Shown here: one piece after another, positions 52,560-64,000 of the stretch
Layout: every line of letters begins with the position of its first letter
Position numbering within the stretch: position 1 is the stretch's first letter
Assembly: GCA_000004985.1 (NCBI GenBank)
Contig: GG738899.1
DNA length: 64,000 nucleotides
Direction: 5' to 3' (one strand)
Origin: Naegleria gruberi
Lineage: Eukaryota
Notes under the pieces: model-generated
The model's input: only the letters and a program-made list of their open reading frames with translations
Told to the model about the DNA's origin: nothing
Databases searched by the model: none
Program-made: the position numbers and the translations under genes

Positions 52560-55500
52560 ATGGCACTGGTAAGTTTTATATGCGTTTAATGCGTGATTCA
52601 ATTTTGATAGAGAAACATTTCGAATGCAACAATAGTTAAATCAATTGTTGTTGCAGCAGTTGTTTTGGGTACTTTGATAGGTGCCCTAGTGATTACACTC
52701 GCTGTTACTCTAACAATCAAGTCTGATTTGAATGGCCAATTCACAGATTATGTTAAAGGATACAAGAATAGTGATATTGTAGTCCAACCAACAATTTCAA
52801 CAACATCTTCCAGTTCTCCTGCTCAATTAGACATTTCACAACAAGGATTAGAAAAGCCATATCATGGCTCCCTCAGACTAGGTTCAAACAATACCATCAT
52901 CTACCACTCTGAGAAGTATTTCTCAGGTAATGATACTTTTGAATATTATGTTACCTATGGCGAAAGCTCTTCTCTAAAAGTAAAGAACAGAGTATCCATT
53001 CTAGTTATGAATAGAGATCCAAAAGCTGTACCACTCACATTCGAAATACCAAAGAATTCTCATGATAACATCATTGATATCTTTGAAAAGAATGATAAGT
53101 TTGGAATGAAGGTTACTGATGACGATGATGATATTCTCGAGTTGGTTTCAGTATCCACTCCAAAATTGTCTGGCTCTGTTGTCTCCTCCAATAGTAAGCA
53201 AATTATCTACACTCCATGCACTAATTGTATTGGTGTAGATTCTTTTACATATACTGTTACTGATTTCAATTCAACAGTCTCCTCCACAATTACTATCAAC
53301 TTGGTCAATACTCCACCAAATGCTGTTAGAGATGATTTTACCATTAGCAAGAACAAGTTGGCAACTCTCAATGTCCTCTCCAATGATATTGATGAGAATC
53401 TTGACGAGTTGTACATCATCTCTGCTGGAACTGGTGAAGGTTCTATTGGTAGCGTTGTTGTTTCAACAGACAGAAAGTCATTGATCTATTATCCTAAAGC
53501 TGATACTAAGCCATACCTTGACGTTTTTAGTTATGTCATTACAGATGACTTGAATAATCCAAATTCAACCTCTACAGGTTCTATCCATGTTACAGTTACC
53601 AATTCACCACCTAATGCTCCTGAAACCAAACAAGTTTCAGTTTCCAAGAATTCAGCCAACTCTACCATTGATCTAACCTTTACTGATAATGATATTCTTG
53701 ATACTGTGAATGTTGAAATATTATCAACACCAAAGAGAGGTTACTTTTCTTTTGTTCAACAAAAGTATATTGATTCTGTTGATTATTTGGGTCAAATCTA
53801 TGTAGATGTTCTCAAGTTAAGATATCAATTATTGTACTCTCCAGAGAAAGGTGTTTCCTATTCTGAGAGTTTCAATGTAAAGGTAACAGATGGCTACTCA
53901 AGTTTGATTACAAGTATTATTATCAATGTGGTCAACACTCCTCCTATTTCTGTTAATGATACCATTACATGTACAAAGAATAATGAAGTAGTTGTTGACG
54001 TAATCTCCAATGACTATGATGTTGATGGTGATTCTATCAAGTTGTCTACCACCGATTGGGAGCCAAATAGTTTCAATGGTGGAGAAGTTTTCAGAACTGA
54101 TGACAGGTCAATAACATACAAAGCTCCTCAAGGGTTTGTTGGTATTGATACTGTAAGATATTACATTACTGATGGTGAATCAATTTCATATGGATTCTTG
54201 ACTGTCAATGTTCAAAGTGTAAAGCCGATTGCGGTGAATGATGTATTCTTTGTTCCAAAGGGACTCAAGACGTTCTTGAATGTATTGAACAATGACTACA
54301 GTCCAAGTAAGGATGAAATTTTGTTATCCTTTGCTACCATTAGAAGTGTTGAAGAATCCAATGTAGTACGTAGTCTCAGAAATAACGTCTATGGTTACGA
54401 ATACTCTGCCTCAGATGTGGAATATGTCGATACATTCAATTACAAGGTTGTTGATGTTTTTGGATTGACTTCCGACTCTGCAGTAGTAACTGTTAAGGTT
54501 GTAAACACTCCTCCAAAAGCTGTTGATGATGTCATTTCAGTTTCTTGGAATAGAGATGCTGTTTTGAATGTTCTCGAAAATGACTATGATGAAAATCCAA
54601 GTGATAATCAATTACTTGTTGTTAAGAGAACTATTCACGGAGAAAATCAAACAGTTCCTACTCCAGTCATCTTTGAATCAGGAAAGAAGTTACTCCTTTC
54701 CCCACCAAATGGCTTCACTGGTACTTTTGAATTTTTCTATGTTATTTCTGATACTTTTGATGAATCTAATGTGGCTAAAGTTACCGTTTCTATTGTAAAT
54801 CACCAACCAATTGCTAATGATGATCATGTTAGTGTTCATTGGAGAGATGGAATTTCTGTTATTAATGTTTTGCAAAATGATAGTGATGAAGATGGTGATA
54901 TCCTATTAATCAAGTCTTTCACTCAACCATCCAAAGGATTTGTGGTCAAGAAAGCACTCCCTGATGGAACTGAAGTATTTGAGTACTCTATTCTTGCTTC
55001 TGTAAAATTTGTCGGTATTGATAGTTTCCAATATGAAATTACAGATAATGGCAAGTCCTCAACAGCCACAGTCTATGTCAATGTTACCAACTTTTCTCCT
55101 GTAGCTAATGAAGATTCCTACAATGTACATTGGAACGCAGAGCAACAAGAGTATGAGATTCTCTCTAATGACTTTGATGGCGATTCTGATCCATTGAAAA
55201 TTGTTCCAAACTCTCTCATAATACCAAGTCAATTCAGAGGTCAAACTGAAATCAATGCTGATGGAACTGCAATCAAATTCAAACCTTCAGTTTCAGGTGT
55301 ATTTACTCTCACTTACAGAATTAGTGACACAGTAAGCCAATCATTGGACACTAAAGTTACTTTTAATGTGACCAACTTGGACAAACCGCTCCTGAGAACA
55401 ATCGAAAAGAACATCCATTGGACTATGAACCAACCAATTTCTATTCCTATCACAACTTTCACAAGAGATTCTGATGGTGATTTGCTTGTCATTTCTTCAG

Positions 55501-58500
55501 AGTTTGTGAAACAACCAACTAATGGTAGTATTGAGAGTGTTAATTATGGAGATGCAAATACAGTACCATCTCTTGTTTATAAGAAGAATCCAGGTTTCTT
55601 TGGTTCTGATATCATTCAAGTTTTATTGACTGATGGTTTAGACTCTGCCATTATTACTATCAAAGTCAATTCTATCAATCAAATTCCTCTTTGTCAAAGC
55701 ACTATAAAGGAATCAGTATTTTGGAAGGATTTACCATACGTTAGAAATAGTTTACTTATTGCAGGTGCACTCGATCAAGATAGCGAAGATATTGTCTATT
55801 TGAAGAGCGTTGCCAACAGCTTTAATGATATTTCTGTTAATGGTGATGAAATAACATTCTCTCCATTGAAGGGATTTGTTGAGGAAAGAAATGCTCAATT
55901 GATATTCTCTGACGGATTGGACATTTGTACAAGTATTTTGAAAATCAAGGTAAATGATTCAAAGCCTCAAGCAACCCCTACTATCAGTATGATTCACTGG
56001 TCTAAATCATCTTCCCTAATTGATGTCTTGTCTACTATTGTAGACGCTGATGGTGATTCATGTGATTTCAGTATCAAGTCACAATCTGACTACTCAATTG
56101 GAAGTGCCAGTATTGAATTGAATGCAAATACTAAATTTGTAAAGTGGACTGTATCTAATGATAAGAACTTAGGAGAATCCACTTTTGATATTGAATTCAC
56201 AGATGGTTATTTAACAGATACAGCAACTTATAGAGTCCAAGTTTACAACAATATTCCAATTGTTCCTCAAAAAACCATTGAAGTCCATTGGTCCAAATAT
56301 TTGAATGGTATCTCTATCAATTTGTTACAAGATATTATTGATAATGACGAACAAGATACTGTTTCAATCCCATTAAATTCTTGGGTAACAAGCAAGGTTG
56401 GAACTATCACAATGACTTCCGACAAGATTGCTCTCTATAAACCAAAGCAATCTTATTTGGGAGATGATGAAATTAATTTCACAGTAACTGATGGTTTGGC
56501 CATTGTCAATGTTACTTACAATATTAAGGTCATTAACAGAAAACCTGTTGCTGTTGATGATAATATTTCAGTTCACTGGAATGATACTAGTGTCGATATT
56601 AATGTTTTAGCCAATGACTATGATCCAGATCAAGAAGATACCATCTACATTGCTGCTTTACTCACAGAACCAAGTTCTGGAAGAGTAGAAAAGATTTCAA
56701 CCACAACTGTAAGATATTACTTACCTGAAGATCACTCTGTTTTGGGTGATTTTACTTTCCGTTACTCAGTCACTGATGGTACTGAGATTGCTGAAGCTAA
56801 TGTTACTGTAGATATTGTAAATAGAGATTATCCAATAGATGCCTCTATTTCAAGATCTATCCATTGGAGAGAAGCTGTTTCTGGACTTGCAATCAACATT
56901 GTTCCTTCCAAGAATGATCAAGATGGTGATTTAATAATTTTAAATATTGTTGAATCAAACAATCCTGGCATATTTAGCATTTCCAATGATGTTAACTTGC
57001 TCGTAAAGAGTGAAGAACCTCTCAAGGGAGACTTTAACGCCTCAGTTTCTATCTTTGATGGTATCTCTGTTGCTAATGCACATATTCAAACCTCAATTTA
57101 CAATCATGCTCCAACATCAAGGGATTTGTATTTCAACTTCCACTGGAGTACAATTAGTAGAGGAGTCTATATTGATCTAGTTCAACGATCAAATGATATT
57201 GACTTGCAAGATAAATCAAAGTTGAATATCAAGCATGCTCAAGTTATTGCTGGACCAGATGCTAATGCCGTAACCATTGTAAACAATACTCTTTACTTCA
57301 AGCCAAGCATTCTTGAAATTGGCAACACAACAATTGAGTTTATTATTAGTGATGGATTTGAAGATTCTGATTTACATACCATGATTATTGAAAGTAGAAG
57401 TGTTGTTGCTCAGAAAGCAGATCAATACTTTGATGCTCATTGGCGTTCGTTTGCTTTTGGTAATATCTATGGTCTCGATGAATCATTCAGTAATGAAGAA
57501 ATGATTACCTTATTGGATGTCATTCAACTTCCTGATCATGGAGGACAAGTATCCATTAGTACTATTAGAAACGTTACTTACTATCCTAAAGAAAACTTTG
57601 TTGGTACTGAAGTTTTTGCTGTTTCCTACACAACAGGCATTACCTCATCAAATATTACTGTTCATGTTAATGTCTATAACAATAATCCACAAGGTGCTCC
57701 AAAAGATTATGAAACTCACTGGAGAAATCCTGTTTTGATGAATATTCTTAATGGTGCCTTTGATGAAGATGAATACGATAGATTCTACTTGTTCCCAGAG
57801 TTGCTTGAAGAGTCAACAACAGGAACTTTGTCACAAATTGCTCCTGATGGTTCTGTAACCTTTACTCCAAATGTTACTTCTGGTTTTATTGGAACAACTA
57901 CCTTCTATTACAGAATCAATGATGGAAATAAGGTCTCTTTACCAACTCCTGTAACAATTACCATCAATAACAATCCACCAACATCACACACTAAAGTATT
58001 GAATATAATGTGGAAGAATTTCCTTGATGGTGTTGATTTTGACATTATTTCAACAAATCCAACAGACACTGATTCTGACTCTTTAGATATTCCATTCTTA
58101 TTTGTAAAGAGTTTCAATCAACCATTGCCTTTTGGAGAAGTTTCTCGTTTATCTTCATCCAGAGTCAAGGTTCAAGGTAGTTCATCGTTCCTAGGCTCAA
58201 CTTCATTCTCTTATGTTTTATCAGATGGTGCCATGAATGGTGATTCTACTGGTATTGTGGCCATTAACGTTTACAATAACAAACCAAACTTGACCCAAGA
58301 TACAATTACCACACACTGGAATGTCGACTTTATTGATATTGATGTTTTGTCCAACGATTTTGATATTGATAATAATCCTCTCTTGATTACAACTCTTAAG
58401 AATTATGCCTCACCTGACTCACAAATCATTTTGAATAATAAGGTGAGATATTATCCAAGAACTTGTTCTTCCTCTTCAGATAAATTTAACTATGTAGTTT

Positions 58501-61500
58501 CTGATGGCATTGAATCATCAGAGAGTGAAGTTAATGTAATCATTCTCAATAACAAACCAATTAGCAAGAATTATAATACCACCCATGTATGGCACAATGC
58601 TATTGGAGGTGTAGTTTTCGATATTGTCTCTGAATCAGTGGATGTCGATGGAGATTCTATCAGTATTGTTAAATTCAGCTCTATTCCTTCAGAACAAGGT
58701 ACATTAGAATTGACCAACAATAATAAGAGTCTAATCTATACTCCAAGACTTGGTTTTATTGGTAGTGTTGAAACAATTTCCTATGTAATTACCGATGGAA
58801 GAGATGAAGCTGTTGGTACTATTGATATTGAAATTACTAATAATTTCCCATCTTTGGGTGTTTCTGCAGTTTCTTCTCATTGGAGAAGTGCATTGGAAGG
58901 AACTTTATTCGATTTGAGCTCGAAGTTTATTGATACAGATGGCGATAATGTAATCTTGAAGGCTGTCATTCACCAAGCAGCTAAGGGAACTGTATCAATC
59001 ATTGATTCCAAGACAATCAAATATCAAAGCTCATTTTCTTTCAAGGGTAGTGATTCTTTCACTTTACAATTATCAGACGGATACAACCTTGTTACTGTTG
59101 ATTTGGAAATTGATGTTACTAACAATTTACCAACCTTGAGTGATATTTCTATCCAAACTCTTCACAGATTATCTGGAAATGTAATTATTCCATTGATTAA
59201 CAGAACCGATTCGTTGAAACCAAAAGATTTGGATATTCTCGACAATGACAAGCTTACCATTTCTGCTTTCACTCAACCAGGTATTGGAAGTGTTGTTTTT
59301 TCTGATGCTACACAACTTTCATTCACCTTCTCCAATGTTTTGGGTAATCTTTTGGAACAAACCTTCTCTTACACTGTGTCAGATGGATTGGAAAGTGCAT
59401 CTGCATCTATTACCATTCAAATTCTTAACAATCCTCCAGTTTTGGTTGATGCTGCAAAGAGTTTCCACTGGAGATCTATCTATGAAGAAGGTGGTTCAAT
59501 TGCTCTTGATATTTTGAAGGAATCTAATGCTTTAGATGCTGATGGCGACAATTTGTTCGTAAAGAGCTTTACTCAACCAAGTGTTGGTTCTGTATCTTCC
59601 TTGAATACTTCTCATGTCACATTTAGTCCTGTTGCATTTAAGGCATTTACAACAAGCTTCAAGTTTACTGTTTCAGATGGTGCTCAACAAGTTGAGAAAC
59701 AATTTGACATTTCTATTACAAACACCAATCCAAAGGCAGTTGATGACAGCTTGAACAAATTGTGGAGCAACAAGGTGTTCACTTTCTCTCCATTGGTTAA
59801 TGATTATGATGATAATAATGATCAAATCACTATCGTCCCAGAGTTGACTGAAAAAGTTTCAAGATTGCGATCAGCCTCAATTACTGTAAACAGTGACTTG
59901 AAAACTATTACCTATTCTGATACAGGTTCACTCACTACAGGATCTGATTCCTTCTCCTATACTATAACAGATGGTGTAGCAACAAGTTCTGCTATTGTTT
60001 CTATCACTTTTACTAATACCGAACCTTCAGTTGAATCATTTGAAGTTTCTGTCAAGTGGGATCAATCTATTACTTTTGATAATCTCCTTGGTAGATGTAA
60101 AGATCTTGATGGTGATGCATTGTCATTTGCTGGTATTACTCAAGGGATGTTAGGAACTACTCAATTGATTGACTCTCAAATCGGAACTTCTAAATATACA
60201 CCAAATCGTGCCTTGACCTATACCAACAAACCATCGACTGGTAATTGGACAGTTGTTGATACTATCCAATACTCATGCACAGATAGTGTTGTTCAAAAGG
60301 CAGGTACCATTTCAATCACAATTTACAATGAACCACCAAAAGGAAACGATATTTCCATCTCTCAAGTTAGAAATTACAATAATCCTCAAATTTCAATTGA
60401 TGGATATTCAATTTTATCTCAATCTAGTGATTCCAATGGAGATTCTATTACAATTACCAAAGTCAAACTCTATGATAACCAAAATATTGAAACTTCTGTT
60501 GTTTTACAAGCTGACAGTTCCATCAAATTCAAATATGGCAAGTCTTTCATTGGAATTCAAAAATTCTACTATACTATTTCAGATGGACAACTTGAAAACA
60601 CATACACATATTCTGTTGAAATATTGGGAAGCCCATCTTTGTGCGTCGATTATACCATTTCTACATTCAAAGACGCTTTGTCAACAGCATTCGGATCTGA
60701 CTTGAATTCCAAGTTGAATTTGGCATTTGATGGCGAGCCAATCTCTGTAACAGTTTCTGGAACCTCAACCTTGAGCTCTGTTGGTACTATTAGCACTGTT
60801 GATAATACCCTCACATATACTCCAAATAAGAGAAGATCCTGTATTAACAATGCTTGTTATGCCACCTACACAGCAATCAATGCTGCTGGTCAATCAGCCA
60901 CTTGTAAGATTATTGTCAATCAATCTAACCAAGCTCCAAATAATCCAAGCTATACCTACAAGTATTCTGCCAGAAGAGATGGAAACAACTTGATGATCTT
61001 TGATTATCTTGTTGATGCAGCTGTAACCGATCCTGATAGTACAGACAGCGTTTCTATTCAATCAATCTCAAGTCTTGGATCATGTTCTGATAAGGCCACT
61101 ATTTCTGTTAGTAATGGAAAGATTTCATTCACTAGACAAGCCACCTTCCTTGCTTCCACTTGTACATTCAACATTAAATTACAAGATGATGATGAATTAA
61201 CACCTGCTACAAGCATTGCCTCTATTACAGTTAATCCAACTATTTCTCCACCGTTGGCAGTTTCTGATAACATTATGGCCACTTTCAATTCCAACAGAGA
61301 TATTGATGTTTCTGTTTTGCTTCAAAATGATATTGATTTATTGGGAGGTAGCTTTACATTTGATGGTTTATTCTGCCCAGACGCAACTTACTGCAAGAAT
61401 GGTCTTCCAACCTTGTTGAATGCCAACACTGTTAGAATTCCTTTCAAGACTGGAAGTTGTGAAGCTGAAAAGGTTCAATACAGAATCAAGTCAACCCAAG

Positions 61501-64000
61501 ATGGATCTGTATCATATGCCAATATTATTATCAGATATGCTGGTTGTGTTTGCGAAAATATTTTCGACGTTGTTTTCATTGTTGATGGTTCTTATTCTAT
61601 TTCAGATGCCAATTGGGTCAGTTTGAAATCATTCTTCTCCAATATTACCCAAAGCTTGAACGTTGGTCCTTCTGCAACTAGAATTGGTATTGTTCAATAC
61701 AGTTCTGATGCAACTGTTGAATTAGATCTGAATAGTGGAACTTCGTCTAATGCTATTGTCAATCGTATTAGTAATATTGCTCAAAAGAAATCAGCAACTG
61801 CTTCAATTTATGGTATTGATAAGGCTGTTGAATTGATGGTCTCTCAAGGAAGAAGTGATGTTCCAAACAAGCTCTTTATTCACGTAACTGATGGTCAAAG
61901 TAATATGCCTTGCTCATGTGGTGAATGTAAGAATTATTATGGAACATTTGAAGGATGTAACTCTGTCTTATATCCTGGTAAATCGTGTGACTATTGCTCA
62001 TGGAATGATCCTCAAAGTCGTTGTGCACCTTGTTCAGATTACACAGAAAAATGTCAAAGAATTAACAAGTGGAGAAGTGGTAATAATGATAATCCTGAAC
62101 CATCTAAGAATTGGAATTATAGAATGATGGCTATTGGTATTGGATCTGGTGTCAATAATCCGTACGGTCTAGTTCAATTAGAAAAATCAAACTATGACCC
62201 ATCCCTCTTCCATTTATTCGATTGGAATGATTTGAATTATAAGATGATTGTTGATGAATCATGTGCTGCTTCTTATAACATTTATGGTGAAACTGCTCTC
62301 CAAAATACTACTTACGCTGATTCTCAAATTACAGTTCAATATTCTGGTAGAAGTGTTGTCAATCAATCAAATATTGCTAGTACAACATTTACCTATGTCT
62401 TGACAGCACCAACAAGCACAAAGCAAAAGAGTATCAAGAAATTCGTACTTTCCAATTCAATTTCTGATCCAGAATCATATGTTTCATACAACCCAACATT
62501 CCCTGTATTTGTTGGAACTGAATCCTTGACAAGCTTATTTGGATTTGTGTGGGACTCTGTTCCTTCCTCATCACTTGTTCCAATGGGATCATCTAAAACT
62601 GTTACCATTACTGTATGCGGTGATGTTCCTGAAAGTATGGTTTCTTTTGGTGTTGTTAGTGAATCCTTCATTACCTATTCAACAATTAAGGGACCAGCTA
62701 CTTCACTCTGTGTTGATAAGCCAGTTATTGATCCTAATACTCAATGTTTTGCTAAATCTGGAGCTTCATCATGTAGTGGACATGGTTTGTGTGTTCAACC
62801 TGATCTATGTCAATGTAATTCTGGATACACTGGAACTGAGTGTGAAACTCCTATTTGTTTCGATTTGACTGGTAACTTTGCATGCTCTGGTACTTCTAAG
62901 GGTACTTGTACTGGACCTAATACTTGCCAATGTCAAACTGGTTGGACTGGTACTGATTGTTCTATTCCAATTTGTTATGGTCTTGCAGCAAATAATGCTG
63001 GTTCTTGTAGTGGTTCCTCAAAAGGTACATGTATTTCTAAAGACACATGTCAATGCCAAACTGGATGGACTGGATCTGACTGTTCAGTTCCTATTTGTTA
63101 TTCACAGACTGGATCATCTGCCTGCTCAGGACCATCTCAAGGAAGTTGCATTTCTAAAGATACTTGCCAATGTCAAACTGGTTGGACTGGACCTGAATGC
63201 TCAATTCCAATCTGTTATGGATTAGCAGCAAATAATGCTGGTTCTTGTAGTGGTTCATCAAAGGGTACTTGTATTTCTAAGGATACATGCCAATGTCAAG
63301 ATGGTTGGACAGGATCAGATTGCTCAATTCCTATTTGCTTTGGTCGTCCACAAACTGATACATTATCTTGCTCTGGTTCCTCCAAGGGTACTTGTGTTTC
63401 AAAGAGCAGTTGTTCATGTCAAACTGGTTGGACAGGTTTCGATTGTTCCATTCCAATTTGTTATGGTGTGAATAGTACATCTACATCTGTTTGTGGTGGC
63501 TCCTCAAGAGGTTCCTGTACATCTAAGGATACCTGTCAATGCCAAACTGGATGGACTGGTTCTGATTGTACCGCTCCTGTCTGTTATGGAGCTTCTGGCA
63601 GTAGTGCTTGTGGTGGATCCACTAAGGGAACATGTACTGCACCTAATTCTTGCTCCTGTAAGACTGGTTGGACTGGTTCTGATTGTACAACTCCAATTTG
63701 TTTCTCAAATACTGGAACATCTGCTTGTGGTGGTTCCTCTAAGGGAACATGTACTGGTCCAGACACATGCCAATGCCAAACTGGTTGGACAGGATCAGAT
63801 TGCACAACCCCAATTTGTTATTCACAAACAGGATCTTCAGCTTGTGGTGGTTCAACTAAAGGTACTTGTACAGCTCCAAATACTTGTTCATGTCAATCAG
63901 GATGGTCTGGAAGTGACTGTACAACTCCTGTATGTCCAGGAAATTGTAATGGTAGAGGTTCATGTTCTGCACCAAATTCATGCAGTTGTAATAGTGGATG
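52560..64000 (+). CDS. giant extracellular adhesion-type protein, 3' partial (>3,790 codons in window): signal-anchor, 35 or more cadherin-like/Big_9-type repeats, VWA domain, tenascin-type EGF array
   Basis: Exon 1 is 52560-52568 (ATG GCA CTG). A 42-nt intron runs GTAAGT at 52569 to GATAG at 52610. Exon 2 starts at 52611, and its frame stays open to base 64000. No track ORF ends in this frame, and the open frame was checked by eye. The N-terminus MALRNISNATIVKSIVVAAVVLGTLIGALVITLAVTLTI is a signal anchor. Repeats of about 95-100 aa have the form (V)VNTPPxAVxDxxxVxWxxxxxIxVLxNDxDxDGDxLxI....F.Y.V.DG. The VWA block near 61560-62200 is DVVFIVDGSYSISDANW...IGIVQYSSDA. From about 62720 there are at least 12 C-rich EGF repeats (PICYGLAANNAGSCSGSSKGTCISKDTCQCQTGWTGSDCS). 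Confidence 0.7.
53290..60360 (+). repeat. array of diverged tandem coding repeats of about 290-300 bp (cadherin-like/Big_9 Ig-fold modules) inside the giant gene
   Basis: Periodic recurrence of VNTPP/VYNN(K/N)P, xDD..xVHW, (V)L(S/A)NDYD(V/P)DGD and ..TDG motifs every 95-100 codons. Copies are diverged at DNA level, so there is no recent homogenisation. Confidence 0.6.
62720..64000 (+). repeat. tandem EGF-module coding repeats of about 96-105 bp at the 3' end of the window, continuing beyond
   Basis: Repeated ccaatttgttatgg...ggttcttgtagtggttc(c/a)tcaaa(a/g)gg(t)ac(a/t)tgtatttctaa(a/g)ga(c/t)ac(a/t)tg(t/c)caatg(c/t)caa... units. Adjacent copies differ mainly at synonymous sites. The periodicity also generates the out-of-frame ORFs 62539, 62878, 63235 and 63584 in the track. 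Confidence 0.6.

Noticed and set aside
62539-63805. Out-of-frame ORFs inside the EGF array of the giant gene (62539-62868 plus, 62878-63225 plus, 63235-63471 plus, 63584-63805 minus)
   Set aside because: They are by-products of the about 100-bp coding periodicity of the EGF repeats. Their translations are Leu/Val/Gln-rich nonsense (LVLVVVPQKVHVFLKTHVNAKL...). The in-phase frame from 52611 encodes conserved cysteine modules with no stops.
1-64000. Prokaryotic accessory-region interpretation (operons, defence islands, CRISPR arrays, integrons)
   Set aside because: The sequence has spliceosomal introns with GTAAGT..AG boundaries, Pol III tRNA genes with T-run terminators, and A-rich Kozak-like contexts. 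It also has poly-Asn/Gln proteins and eukaryote-only domain architectures (RING-Bbox-MATH, BTB-Kelch, RGS, TKL kinase). No direct-repeat/spacer array, Shine-Dalgarno pattern or operon-like co-orientation is present.

Overview
This window is nuclear DNA from an AT-rich unicellular eukaryote, not a prokaryote. The evidence is spliceosomal introns of 42-55 nt (a few of 113-205 nt) with GTAAGT/GTATGT donors and (Y)AG acceptors, and A-rich context before ATG codons. TAA, TGA and TAG are all used as stops. Proteins carry long Asn/Gln/Ser homopolymer tracts, and intergenic spacers are often only 31-75 bp. This best fits an amoebozoan or dictyostelid-like genome, which is an inference only. Many track ORFs marked M actually begin at TTG, so true starts were re-derived.

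I reconstruct about 27 protein-coding genes and 2 tRNA-type genes. Most are multi-exon models joined by hand from the separate ORF fragments.

The main content is a cell-surface signalling and adhesion neighbourhood:
- Two paralogous receptor-like kinases at 9142-14057 and 31213-36099. Each has a signal peptide, NHL beta-propeller, tenascin-type EGF repeats, a TM helix and a TKL kinase.
- A GPI-anchored clan GH-A glycoside hydrolase carrying six of the same EGF modules.
- An ACG-like sensor nucleotidyl cyclase.
- A giant adhesion gene of more than 11.4 kb, from 52560 past the window end. It has 35 or more cadherin-like (Big_9-type) repeats, a VWA domain and an EGF array.

Other genes include:
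- signalling and ubiquitin-related proteins: LZTR1-like Kelch-BTB-BTB, TRIM37-like RING-Bbox-CC-MATH, BTB-BACK-TLDc, RGS, F-box (disrupted), CCCH zinc finger and a prefoldin/URI-like protein;
- enzymes and transporters: PHB-depolymerase-type esterase, UDP-glycosyltransferase, flavin monooxygenase, Mn-type CDF transporter, ACOT9-like thioesterase, threonine dehydratase, a Pmp3-like proteolipid and a DUF4116 repeat protein.

tRNA-Pro(UGG) lies at 19572-19643 on the minus strand. A tRNA-like gene with an aberrant anticodon arm lies at 38180-38258 on the minus strand. I found no CRISPR arrays, operons or clear transposons. Unexplained structure is mainly two ORF-free tracts of about 2 kb, near-identical DNA repeats inside an EGF array, and an 8-nt microexon in the threonine dehydratase gene. 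The tRNA-like gene's aberrant anticodon arm and the F-box locus split by a frame break are also unexplained.
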